64,000 nt of DNA from Bacillota bacterium (lineage in GTDB: Bacteria > Bacillota > DULZ01). Position 1 is the stretch's first letter. The number at the start of each line of letters is the position of its first letter. Of this stretch, positions 37,981 to 46,779 are shown piece after piece. The stretch spans positions 5,986 through 69,985 of the forward strand of contig JBMNIZ010000008.1 of the NCBI GenBank assembly GCA_050951405.1. The letters run 5' to 3'. A program made the translations under genes and the position numbers. The notes beneath the pieces were generated by a model. The model saw nothing but the letters and a program-made list of their open reading frames with translations, was not told the DNA's origin and searched no databases.

Positions 37981-38983
37981 CTTCGCCACCTCTGGAAATT
38001 ACAATCTCTCCCGCTTCGTCCAAGCGGCGGATAATCTGGACTATGCGCTGCTGGGCTTCTTCCACCTCCCTCAGCCGGATGGGCCCCAGGAATTCGATGT
38101 CTTCCCTGAGCATTTCCGCCGCCCTTTGCGACATATTCTTATAGATGCGGGCAGCCACCTCTTGACTGGAACCTTTAATGGCCAAAGCCAAATCCTTGCT
38201 GTCCACTTCCCGGAGAATTCTTCTAATAGAAGTGTCATCAAGGGTGATAATATCTTCAAAGACAAAGAGCCTTTTGCGCACTTCTTCCGCCAGCTCCTGG
38301 TCATCCTTTTCCATGGTCTCCAAAATCACTTTTTCCGTGCTGCGGTCCACCCGGTTGAGAATATCCACCAAGGTCTTCACTCCGCCTACGGAAGTAAAGT
38401 CCTGGTCCATTAAGGAGGAGAGTTTGCTTTCCAAAACGTTCTCCACTTCCCGGACCACTTCCGGGGAGGCCCTCTCCATCAGGGCAATCCGGCGGGCAAT
38501 ATCCGCCTGCATCTCATGGGGCAGGCCGCTTAAGACGATGGAAGCTTGCTCCGGCTCCAGGTAGGCCAGAATCAAAGCAATGGTCTGGGGATGCTCGTTG
38601 TATATAAAATTGACCAGCTGTTTGGGATCCGCTTTGCGCACCATGGAAAAGGGGCGAATTTTGGAGCTCTCCGTCAACCTCCGGATAATCTCCGCCGCCT
38701 TGGCCGGACCCACGCTTTTCTCCAGAATCTCCCGAGCGTAATTGATTCCCCCGTGCATCAGGTATTGCTGGGCTTCATAGAGCTGCAGGAACTCCTCGAT
38801 TACGGCAGTCTTGGCTTCACTGCTGACGGTGGACATATTGGCAATCTGGTAAGTTACTCTTTCAATCTCCGTTTCCGGCAAGTACCGAAGAAGCTTGGCC
38901 GATAATTCAGGTCCCACCATGATCAAAAAAGTTGCTGCTTTTTCCAGACCGGACATTTCCCTAGCGCGCACCAACAGCTCCAC
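37964..38983 (-). CDS. fliG: Flagellar motor switch protein FliG
   Basis: 339 aa, FliG family throughout. Confidence 0.95.
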   Translation of the reverse strand: MELLVRAREMSGLEKAATFLIMVGPELSAKLLRYLPETEIERVTYQIANMSTVSSEAKTAVIEEFLQLYEAQQYLMHGGINYAREILEKSVGPAKAAEIIRRLTESSKIRPFSMVRKADPKQLVNFIYNEHPQTIALILAYLEPEQASIVLSGLPHEMQADIARRIALMERASPEVVREVENVLESKLSSLMDQDFTSVGGVKTLVDILNRVDRSTEKVILETMEKDDQELAEEVRKRLFVFEDIITLDDTSIRRILREVDSKDLALAIKGSSQEVAARIYKNMSQRAAEMLREDIEFLGPIRLREVEEAQQRIVQIIRRLDEAGEIVISRGGEDAIII

Positions 38984-38986
38984 TCC

Positions 38987-40504
38987 TTATTCCTCTGATA
39001 ACCAGGTTCTTAAAAGCTGCACCGCTTCTTCCGGCTTTTCCCGGGCGATATCGGTAATTTTCTTCTGCCTTTCCTTATGAATTTTTTCTTCCTCGGTCAA
39101 TTCAGGCACAATTTGTCTGACGGGAACAGGCGTCTCCACAGCAGGGATCTCCTCCTGCTGGGGAGCCTTTCCTCTCCGGAACAGCAAGAGCAAAACAATC
39201 AGCAGAAGAGCCAGCCCTATGAGAGAAGCGGCCAACCAGGACCAGGGGAAACGGCCTTCCTCCGGCTCCCGATCCATTTCCTCGGGAATCGCTTCCGGCC
39301 GGGCGTCAAAAGGCATGCTCACCACGGAAATCTGGTCCCCGCGCAGGGCGTCAAAACCGATGGCCGTTTGGACGATCTGGGTAATCCGCTCTGTTTCTTC
39401 ATTGGATAAAAGCCCGTCCACCACCACCGCCGTGGAGAGCCTGGTCAAACGACCGGGAGCTTGGATCACCCTCCGTTCGATCTGATCCACCAGATAGTTG
39501 GTGATGATGTCGGTTCTTGAATATGTCTCACCTGCCTGGCCCGTTTCCGGGTAATAGGGGAGACCGATATTGCCTTCAATTCCGGCGGGCCCTTGCGCCC
39601 CGCCGCCACCGGTGCTCTCCTCCTGGGATTCCTGCTGGCTTAAAATGGAGCCTTCACCATATTCCACGACGGATTCCTCTACCGCATCAAAATCCAGCTC
39701 GGCGGTAACCATGGCCACCGCCCGGTTTGGCCCCAAGATCCTTTCCAGCATATCCTGGATCCGCCGCTCCAAGTCCCTCTCAAAAGACCGGCGGATCTCC
39801 TCCTGGGTCATCTTTTGCCAGGCCGGAGACCGGTCCCCGCCGGTGACCACCCCGTCGCTTAACACCACCCCGCTGCTGTCGATGACTTTCACATTTTCCG
39901 GAGGGAGATTTTCCACACTGGAGGAGACTAAATAAATAATGCCTTCGATTTGGGCCGGTTTCAGGCTGGCCAAGGGCTTGAGTTTGATGGTTACCGCTGC
40001 TGAAGCGGGCCTATCCTCGGAAACAAAGACGCTTCTTTCCGGCAGCACCAGGTGCACCCGGGCCCTCTCAATCTCTTCCAGCTGGACGATGGTCCGCCTC
40101 AGCTCTTCCTGCAGGGCCCTCTGGTAATCCAAACGCCTCTCAAAATCGGTAACCCCCAGTTTGCTTTTGTCAAAAAGCTCGAAACCCAGTCCCGTGTCGG
40201 TCAGCACGCCCTCCCCGGCCAGTTGGATGCGAATATCATAAACCTGGCTTTTCGGTACTAAAATGCTAGTCCCTTCAGCAGCCAGGCGGTACGGAATGCC
40301 GTTTTCCTTGAGCTTCTCCACCACAGCGCTGGCATTTTTCGGGTCCAGTTCAGTGAATAAAGGAGTATATTCCTCCCTGGTCAACCAAGGAACAAAAAAA
40401 GCCAGCGCCAGCAAAGAAGCTGCAGCCATTACTACGATTATTAATTTGCGAGAAGCCGGAAGCTCTTGCCATTTCCCCCAAACTTGCTTAACCATTCCTT
40501 CCAA
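38987..40504 (-). CDS. fliF: Flagellar MS-ring protein FliF
   Basis: 505 aa, two TM segments flanking the periplasmic ring domain. Confidence 0.95.
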   Translation of the reverse strand: MEGMVKQVWGKWQELPASRKLIIVVMAAASLLALAFFVPWLTREEYTPLFTELDPKNASAVVEKLKENGIPYRLAAEGTSILVPKSQVYDIRIQLAGEGVLTDTGLGFELFDKSKLGVTDFERRLDYQRALQEELRRTIVQLEEIERARVHLVLPERSVFVSEDRPASAAVTIKLKPLASLKPAQIEGIIYLVSSSVENLPPENVKVIDSSGVVLSDGVVTGGDRSPAWQKMTQEEIRRSFERDLERRIQDMLERILGPNRAVAMVTAELDFDAVEESVVEYGEGSILSQQESQEESTGGGGAQGPAGIEGNIGLPYYPETGQAGETYSRTDIITNYLVDQIERRVIQAPGRLTRLSTAVVVDGLLSNEETERITQIVQTAIGFDALRGDQISVVSMPFDARPEAIPEEMDREPEEGRFPWSWLAASLIGLALLLIVLLLLFRRGKAPQQEEIPAVETPVPVRQIVPELTEEEKIHKERQKKITDIAREKPEEAVQLLRTWLSEE

Positions 40505-40548
40505 TTTCCCACCTTAAGGTTCCTTTGGGCTGAAGTCCGTCTCTTGGT

Positions 40549-40839
40549 TCAAATCTGCATCCTGGAGATTTCCTGGTAGGCTTCTACCAATTTATTGCGT
40601 ATCTGTACAGTCATCTGCAGGGCCAGGTTGGCTTTCTCCGCCGCGATCATCACTTGATGCAAATCTTCCACTTCGCCCACCAAGAACTGATTAGTTAAAA
40701 GATCCGCTTCTTTTTGCAGCTGATTCACTTCCTGGAGCTTCTCATTGAGCACTTGGGCAAAAGAAGCAGCTCCCTCTTTTTTTTCTCCCCTAACTTGGAA
40801 CAATCCCAAAGGCTGGGGGACCAGCATGGATACTTTCAT
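40549..40839 (-). CDS. fliE: Flagellar hook-basal body protein FliE
   Basis: 96 aa; FliE family C-terminus MTVQIRNKLVEAYQEI. Confidence 0.85.
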   Translation of the reverse strand: MKVSMLVPQPLGLFQVRGEKKEGAASFAQVLNEKLQEVNQLQKEADLLTNQFLVGEVEDLHQVMIAAEKANLALQMTVQIRNKLVEAYQEISRMQI

Positions 40840-40852
40840 CGCTGCCCACCTC

Positions 40853-41278
40853 CTAAGCTCGCCCGATCTCCAGAGCTTTTAGGGCCATGGTCTTTGCCGC
40901 ATTCAGGGCGGTAACGTTGGCTTCATAGGCCCTGCTGGCCGTGATCAGATCCACCATTTCATTCACCACATTGATATTGGGATAGGCCACATAACCCTCT
41001 TCATTGGCATCAGGATGGGAAGGGTCATATACCAGGCGGGGAGGAGAATCATCTCGGACGATTTCCGCCACCGCCACTCCCCGGCCCCGAAAGCTGCCGG
41101 GACGCCCCAGCACCCTTTCCAGCCTTTCGGCGAAAACCGCCGTATGACGCCGGTAAGGGCCTCCTTCAGCTGTTCTGGTGGTGCTGACGTTGGCCAGATT
41201 GCTGGAGATCAAATCCAAACGCAGGCGCTCCGCCGTCATGCCGGAAGCGCTGATGGTCATTGACTTGAACAAGCCCAT
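40853..41278 (-). CDS. flgC: Flagellar basal-body rod protein FlgC
   Basis: ISASGMTAERLRLDLISSNLANVSTT. Confidence 0.9.
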   Translation of the reverse strand: MGLFKSMTISASGMTAERLRLDLISSNLANVSTTRTAEGGPYRRHTAVFAERLERVLGRPGSFRGRGVAVAEIVRDDSPPRLVYDPSHPDANEEGYVAYPNINVVNEMVDLITASRAYEANVTALNAAKTMALKALEIGRA

Positions 41279-41280
41279 CT

Positions 41281-41694
41281 CTATCTTCTCCCTTCATTGA
41301 TCACATACCTGAGCAAGCTCAATTTGCTGTTCAGCCGCGTGGCTGCCGCACTGTACATGAGAGTATTTATCGCCAATTCCGCCATTTCCGCATCTATGTC
41401 CACATTGTTGCCGTCCGCCCGCATGCCGGGGGAATCATCTTTTTCCACCCGGGGTCTAATCGTGGCCAGGCTGCGGTCCCTGCCCAGATGACCCGGGTGA
41501 GTTTTTCTCAGGCCCAGGCTCTTTTCCATCCCCAGGGCCGCCTTCAGTTCATCTTCAAAAGCCACATAGGACCTTTTATAGCCGGGAGTGTTGATGTTGG
41601 CAATGTTGTGAGCGGCTACCCTCTGTCGCAGCCCGGCTGCATCCAGGGCTTTCTCCAGGGCCCCTGTCGTCATATCCCTAAAAAAACCAGACAC
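41281..41694 (-). CDS. flgB: Flagellar basal-body rod protein FlgB (GTG start with AAAGGAGG RBS)
   Basis: AAHNIANINTPGYKR rod motif. Confidence 0.9.
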   Translation of the reverse strand: MSGFFRDMTTGALEKALDAAGLRQRVAAHNIANINTPGYKRSYVAFEDELKAALGMEKSLGLRKTHPGHLGRDRSLATIRPRVEKDDSPGMRADGNNVDIDAEMAELAINTLMYSAAATRLNSKLSLLRYVINEGRR

Positions 41695-41699
41695 CGAAC

Positions 41700-41900
41700 C
41701 GACCTCCTTTTTCCAGGTGAGGGGATCTGTTTATTTAACAAATACTAACAATAACATTATTTAGCTATGTCTATTTCAACAATTAACCCTAAATTCCTCT
41801 AACTTTCGCCAAATTTATGGTAAATTATAGTCCTATTTCCATTTTAGGACGTCCCAGTTTTCACCATTTTTCCCCATCTCCCCTTTAGGCGCATCTTTCC
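41700..41900 (-). promoter_or_regulatory. AT-rich promoter region of the main fla/che operon; candidate elements TTGAAA (41779..41774) and TATAAT (41829..41824)
   Basis: 200-nt AT-rich gap between the fliS terminator and flgB; element assignment tentative. Confidence 0.3.
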
Positions 41901-41902
41901 CC

Positions 41903-41935
41903 AAAAAAAAGCGCCGGTTTTCCAGCGCTTTTTTG
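41903..41935. terminator. Rho-independent terminator after fliS (CAAAAAAGCGCTGGAAAACCGGCGCTTTTTTTT on the minus strand)
   Basis: GC stem followed by T-run on the transcribed strand. Confidence 0.7.
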
Positions 41936-41948
41936 ACAGATTCCTTCT

Positions 41949-42401
41949 TTATTTGGCTGACCGGGCTTCGGCACTGCCATTTTCCCTGTCCACTGCCTCC
42001 ACCCAGGTATCCCTTAGCTCCTTGATCAATTCTTTTACTTCCACGATGATTTCCGGATCTTTTTTCAGATTGGCTTCCACCGAACGCCGGTAGAGATAAT
42101 CGTAGAGCAAAAAAAGGCTCTCTCCGATGTCTCCCGTCTCCCGGTTCACATTGGACATGAGCTCTGCCAAAATAGACTGGGCTTTCAGCAGCAGCCGGTG
42201 CGTTTCTTCCACTTTCTTTTGGCGGCAGGCTGTTTCTCCCTGGGTCAAAAAACGAATGGCCCCGTCATAAAGCATGGTCACCAGTTTTTCCGGCCCTGCC
42301 GTCTGCACCTGGTTTTGCTGATAAGTCTGATAGGCACGCCCGTAGGCTCCTTGGTACACTCCGTCCCTCTCCCTTCCCCGCATTTCCTCTTCTTTCCTCA
42401 A
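41949..42401 (-). CDS. fliS: Flagellin-specific chaperone FliS
   Basis: LVTMLYDGAIRFL...LYDYLYRR FliS motifs. Confidence 0.85.
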   Translation of the reverse strand: MRKEEEMRGRERDGVYQGAYGRAYQTYQQNQVQTAGPEKLVTMLYDGAIRFLTQGETACRQKKVEETHRLLLKAQSILAELMSNVNRETGDIGESLFLLYDYLYRRSVEANLKKDPEIIVEVKELIKELRDTWVEAVDRENGSAEARSAK

Positions 42402-42778
42402 ATCTTTTCATCCAGCACCAATCCCCGGCTTTCCACCGCCTGGCGGAAAATCCTTCTGGCTGCCGCCAAAGTCAACTGGCGCAGCACTTTTCCCTCTTTG
42501 ATGCTGCGGACCTCCACCAGCCATTTTCCCTGGGATTTCACCAGGAAAAAGCGCAAGGGGTGCCCTTCTTTCTCCAGACCCTGGTTGACCTCCTGCAGGA
42601 ATTCCTCCAGCTCCTCTTCAGTGGCCTCCCGGAACCATTCTCGCTTTTTGAGGCCCTCCTCCCGGTCGGCCACCCGGATTTCCCGAGAACCCCGCACCAC
42701 TCTTTTGGCGGTTTGGTCCTTAAGATTCTGTAAAAGTATGGGGTCAATGCCGGGGATTTTAATCAACATTATTTCCAC
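42398..42778 (-). CDS. FlaG-like paralogue (second copy), function unknown
   Basis: 126 aa; C-terminus FFLVKSQGKWLVEVRSIKEGKVLRQL...GLVLDEKI parallels FlaG (44930..45289) C-terminus VKVFDRESGELIREIP...GIMVDERI. Confidence 0.45.
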   Translation of the reverse strand: MEIMLIKIPGIDPILLQNLKDQTAKRVVRGSREIRVADREEGLKKREWFREATEEELEEFLQEVNQGLEKEGHPLRFFLVKSQGKWLVEVRSIKEGKVLRQLTLAAARRIFRQAVESRGLVLDEKI

Positions 42779-42787
42779 CCCGCCGGC

Positions 42788-43198
42788 TTATTTTTTTTGA
42801 TCCAGAAAAACTCCTTCCGGCACAATGGCTGCCGCCTGGTATGCACCCAAGCTTCTTCTGCTCTGCTGCAGGGCGGCAAGCTTTTCAGCTATCTCCGATC
42901 TCTGCCGCAGCAGCTCCAAAATGAGTTCCCGATGCAGCTCCTGGATGGCCGCTAAAAGTTCCTGCTGCTCTTCGTGCCAGGCCTGGCCTTTTTCCTCTCC
43001 CCCATGGGGAAAAGCCCTTCTTCTTTCTTCCAGGCGGTCCACTTGCTCCATCAAACGATCCGTCTCCGCCAGTAATTGGCTGAACAAGTCCATCTTCCCC
43101 TGCCGGAAAGCCTCCTTCTGCTTTTCCAGGCTTAAGAGCATTTCCTGCAAGAGGGCGTTTTTTTCTTCCTGCAGCCTTTTTCCCTCATTTTTCGTCAT
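42788..43198 (-). CDS. Coiled-coil protein, possible FliT/FlgN-like export chaperone
   Basis: 136 aa, heptad-rich, located between fliD and fliS. Confidence 0.35.
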   Translation of the reverse strand: MTKNEGKRLQEEKNALLQEMLLSLEKQKEAFRQGKMDLFSQLLAETDRLMEQVDRLEERRRAFPHGGEEKGQAWHEEQQELLAAIQELHRELILELLRQRSEIAEKLAALQQSRRSLGAYQAAAIVPEGVFLDQKK

Positions 43199-43213
43199 AA
43201 AGGCTTCTCCCCA

Positions 43214-44881
43214 TTACCGACCCGGCCAGCCGCCCAGCTGCATGGACAGCCACATGGCCTGGGCATTCATCTGGTTGATGGCTTTTTCCAAGGCCGCAAA
43301 TTGGGCCCAGTAGCGGTTTTCCGCCCGGATCAGCCTTTCGTTCATCCGGTCAATTCTTTCATCCAGCCGGTTCAGATCCCGGTCCAGCAGGCTGATGCTG
43401 CCCTGCTCCGCCACAAAGTCGATGAGCATGCGGGAATCCACGTTCCGCAGCAGGGGGGCGTCGTTCCCGGGCCCCGCCTTGCTGATGACCTGTTTCATCC
43501 CCTGGATGATATCCTCGTAGATCCGGCTCACTAAACCAGTCTGCCGGCGCCTTTCCGCCGATTCAGTCAGGGACCGGTCCGGCTGGCTGAAAAGGAGCTC
43601 CAACAGGGCGCCGGGATTCTCCCGGATCGCTTCTTTCAGCTTATCTTCTTTAATGATAAGTTTGCCGCCCCGGGAACCGCTCACATAACCCTCCGTTTCG
43701 ATCCCGAACTCCGTTAAGCGATAAAGCCCGGAAGAGCCCTGCACTTCTTCATAAAGCCCTGATCTCACCCTCTGCAGGATCTGGCTCAGGATGGGGTCAT
43801 TCCACAAGAGGCCGCTTTTTGCCTTTTCTTCCCATAATTCGATTTCCCTTTCCGACATGGCCTCTTTCTGCTCCCGGGTCAAAGAGGGATAGTCGGGATG
43901 CCTTTTTTCTTGCAGCTGCTGGTTGATCTTGTCCACCAGCTCGTTATAGCGGTTGACGAATTCTGTTATTTTTCCGTAAACGGCTTCCACATCTGTGTCC
44001 ACGATGATCTGGGTGCTGCCTAAAGACTTGATTTGCACATTGATATTATTGATCTGAAACTGGTTGTGGCTGAATCGCAATCCTACCGCCGCGCCAAAGT
44101 CCACCAGGGCATCCCTGCCTCCGTATTGGACCCGGTCCGCCAGCCACTTCTGCTCCCCTTCCTCCAGGTATTGGAGCTTGAGCAGGTTGCCGGCGCCGGT
44201 GATAAAGCCCACTCCTGCAACAAGGCTGCTGTTTTCCTCAATCCGGATGGTATTTTCCGCTCCGGTTTCCTCCGTCTGGAGAAAAAATCGGTCCAAAGCC
44301 GCATCATAGATGGCCCTGACTCCGATTTTGCTTTGATTGATCTCCCGCACCAGCTCTTCCAGCTGCACCGCGCTCAAACCGCTTTTATTGATGGTCACGG
44401 AACCCTTATTGGTGGTAATGGTGAAGTTGATGACATCATCATCATTCAGGCCAAACTGTTCAGCCAGACTTTTCCCTTCGCCCAAGGAAATTTTATCGCT
44501 GCTGGCCGCGGACCAGTTGGCGGCCAGCTCCCGCACCACCAGCCGGTAACTGCCGGCGGCCGCATCGGCCCTGGCGCTGACTTCCACCACTGAGCTGTCC
44601 GCCGCCGTGGCTTTCTTCACCCAGGGCAGGCTGCTCACCGACTGCTGCAGCAGGGCGCCGCCGGAGGAAACCCGAGTCAAGCCCAGTTCCTTTCTGGTCT
44701 CCAGGATAAAAGCAGCCAAAGCTCTATTGATCTCCTGATAGGCTTCCTGTCGCCAGCTGTGCAGGGTTTTTTCCTGTTCCAGCTTGTCCACTCTCATTCT
44801 TTCAATCCGCATCAGGTCCTTGACGATGGCCTCCAGGTCCATACCCGTGGCCAATCCGCCCACCCTTAAATTGCCCGCCAA
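43214..44881 (-). CDS. fliD: Flagellar filament cap protein FliD
   Basis: 555 aa; N-terminal GLATGMDLEAIVKDLM and FliD C-terminal domain. Confidence 0.9.
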   Translation of the reverse strand: MAGNLRVGGLATGMDLEAIVKDLMRIERMRVDKLEQEKTLHSWRQEAYQEINRALAAFILETRKELGLTRVSSGGALLQQSVSSLPWVKKATAADSSVVEVSARADAAAGSYRLVVRELAANWSAASSDKISLGEGKSLAEQFGLNDDDVINFTITTNKGSVTINKSGLSAVQLEELVREINQSKIGVRAIYDAALDRFFLQTEETGAENTIRIEENSSLVAGVGFITGAGNLLKLQYLEEGEQKWLADRVQYGGRDALVDFGAAVGLRFSHNQFQINNINVQIKSLGSTQIIVDTDVEAVYGKITEFVNRYNELVDKINQQLQEKRHPDYPSLTREQKEAMSEREIELWEEKAKSGLLWNDPILSQILQRVRSGLYEEVQGSSGLYRLTEFGIETEGYVSGSRGGKLIIKEDKLKEAIRENPGALLELLFSQPDRSLTESAERRRQTGLVSRIYEDIIQGMKQVISKAGPGNDAPLLRNVDSRMLIDFVAEQGSISLLDRDLNRLDERIDRMNERLIRAENRYWAQFAALEKAINQMNAQAMWLSMQLGGWPGR

Positions 44882-44929
44882 AGCTAAACACCCTCTTTTT
44901 GTTCCGTGATTGCTCTTTATGCTAATTCT

Positions 44930-45289
44930 CTAGATCCTTTCATCCACCATGATCCCGGCCAGCTCCCAGAGCTTGGCCACCATGTCCAGCAGTTTTTCCG
45001 GTGGGATTTCCCGGATCAGTTCCCCGCTTTCCCGGTCAAAAACCTTCACCATGATCTCGTGGGTGGCCTCATGGATGGAAAATTCAAAACGGGTGAAAGT
45101 CCCTTCCAAAGATTTGTTGGCATGTTCAATGGCCCGGATGATCTCTCTTTCGCTGGGGGGCTTCTCTCCGGCTGTGCTTTCCCTCTTTTGGGCCCTTTCC
45201 GCTACTTTCAGATTTTTCTCGCCGGCAGCAGCCTTCAGCCGGGACTGGTCCATGCCCATGCTTCCGGTAGTGACAGGATTGATCTGCAT
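44930..45289 (-). CDS. flaG: Flagellar protein FlaG
   Basis: 119 aa; FlaG family C-terminus. Confidence 0.8.
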   Translation of the reverse strand: MQINPVTTGSMGMDQSRLKAAAGEKNLKVAERAQKRESTAGEKPPSEREIIRAIEHANKSLEGTFTRFEFSIHEATHEIMVKVFDRESGELIREIPPEKLLDMVAKLWELAGIMVDERI

Positions 45290-45326
45290 TTACCTCCCCC
45301 CTTACCTCAGGGTCTTTCTATCAACT

Positions 45327-45355
45327 ATATCGGCAGTTTTCCTGCGAAACTTTAG
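45327..45355 (-). promoter_or_regulatory. Sigma-28 (SigD/FliA) promoter for flaG-fliD-...-fliS: TAAA-N16-GCCGATAT
   Basis: Minus-strand CTAAAGTTTCGCAGGAAAACTGCCGATATAG ~35 nt upstream of the flaG RBS. Confidence 0.6.
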
Positions 45356-45463
45356 CATGTAAGCGTTGGAAAAAACCTTTTCCTCATCAAGCCGTGGTTT
45401 GACAAAAAAATCAGGTGGAAACCGGATGCCATTTCCCTTCCACAAAATAAAAACGACCAGGCC

Positions 45464-45490
45464 TAAAGTTTCCAGCCCGTCAGCCGATAA
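45464..45490 (+). promoter_or_regulatory. Sigma-28 promoter for flagellin: TAAA-N15-GCCGATAA
   Basis: CTAAAGTTTCCAGCCCGTCAGCCGATAAT ~95 nt upstream of fliC start; leader contains several GGA motifs. Confidence 0.7.
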
Positions 45491-45585
45491 TATTAAATGA
45501 GAAGTGAAATCCTTCCCGCGGCCGCAAAGAAGGATGAACTTAAAGGCAAGGAAGCCAAAATTAATTTCAAGGAGGAATGGGAAAA

Positions 45586-46743
45586 TTGATTATCAATCAC
45601 AACATTTCTGCTCTAAACACCTATCGCCAACTATCGTCAAACAACGTACTGCAAAACAAGAGCTTGGAAAAGCTCTCCTCGGGTTTTCGCATCAACCGGG
45701 CCGGGGATGATGCGGCTGGTCTGGCCATCTCGGAAAAAATGCGGGGGCAGATCAGAGGCTTAAACCAAGCCTCCAGAAACGCCCAGGATGGGATTTCCCT
45801 CATCCAAACTGCAGAAGGCGCATTAAATGAAACTCATGCCATCCTGCAGAGAATGAGGGAGCTGGCAGTACAAGCATCTACCGATACCAATACCAACGAG
45901 GACAGAGCGGAGATTCAAAAAGAAATTGACCAATTGGCCACGGAAATTACCAGAATCGCGGATACTACTCAATTTAACACCATGAATCTGTTAAATGGGG
46001 ACTTCAAGGGCAAAGTATTTCATATCGGCGCCAACGCACAGCAGAATGCTTCCATTGAAATAGCCGGCATGAGGGCTTACGAATTAGGGGTTGGAACCGA
46101 AGGCTCTGATGGATCGGGAGCAGCTGCGTCAGGCACCATTCAAGAAATCACCATTACCGCCAATAGTGTAGGCTCACAATATAACAAAACAATAAAAATT
46201 GAACAAGGCACAGGTAATAATGCTGAAACAGCGATAACAGAAACTGATGACGAAATAATCATTACATTAGGAACGGATTCGGAGGGCGCCCCATTAACAG
46301 TAACGCAAGATGAGATAGTTAATTTAATCAACGGGCTTGGCACCTACACGGCTACAACTACCAATCCAACCGGTTCAATTACGACAGGTGAGGCCCAAAT
46401 AAGCGGTGGCATAGATGCCGGTGAGCCGGTACCTGCCAAAGGTATTGATGTGTCTACCCAAGCTGCGGCCGATGCGGCAATTTCCATCATCGATACGGCG
46501 ATAAGCACTGTTTCCTCCGAGCGCGCCAAGCTGGGTGCTATGCAAAACCGCTTGGAGCATACCATTGCCAACCTGACCACTGCCGCCGAAAACCTGCAGG
46601 CTTCCGAATCCAGAATCAGGGATGTGGACATGGCCAAAGAAATGATGGAGTTCACCAAGATGAACATCCTCAGCCAAGCGGCCACGGCCATGCTGGCCCA
46701 GGCCAACCAGCAGCCCCAGATGGTCCTGCAGCTGCTCCGGTAA
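45586..46743 (+). CDS. fliC: Flagellin (TTG start giving MIINHNISALNT; the ORF track starts 9 nt earlier at ATG 45577)
   Basis: Conserved N- and C-terminal D0/D1 domains; AGGAGG 10 nt upstream of the TTG; central region 46140-46340 is AT-rich and Thr-rich. Confidence 0.9.
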   Translation: MIINHNISALNTYRQLSSNNVLQNKSLEKLSSGFRINRAGDDAAGLAISEKMRGQIRGLNQASRNAQDGISLIQTAEGALNETHAILQRMRELAVQASTDTNTNEDRAEIQKEIDQLATEITRIADTTQFNTMNLLNGDFKGKVFHIGANAQQNASIEIAGMRAYELGVGTEGSDGSGAAASGTIQEITITANSVGSQYNKTIKIEQGTGNNAETAITETDDEIIITLGTDSEGAPLTVTQDEIVNLINGLGTYTATTTNPTGSITTGEAQISGGIDAGEPVPAKGIDVSTQAAADAAISIIDTAISTVSSERAKLGAMQNRLEHTIANLTTAAENLQASESRIRDVDMAKEMMEFTKMNILSQAATAMLAQANQQPQMVLQLLR

Positions 46744-46756
46744 CTCTGCCGCAAAA

Positions 46757-46779
46757 AGAGCCGGGAATTCCCCGGCTCT
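46757..46779. repeat. 23-bp palindrome AGAGCCGGGAATTCCCCGGCTCT (fliC terminator stem); left copy of the IS target-site duplication
   Basis: Identical 23-mer recurs at 48490..48512 on the other side of the IS, there followed by the terminator T-run. Confidence 0.7.

Noticed and set aside
45504-45710. 68-aa ORF overlapping the fliC promoter and leader
   Set aside because: Runs through the sigma-28 promoter and RBS of flagellin in another frame; no coding signal
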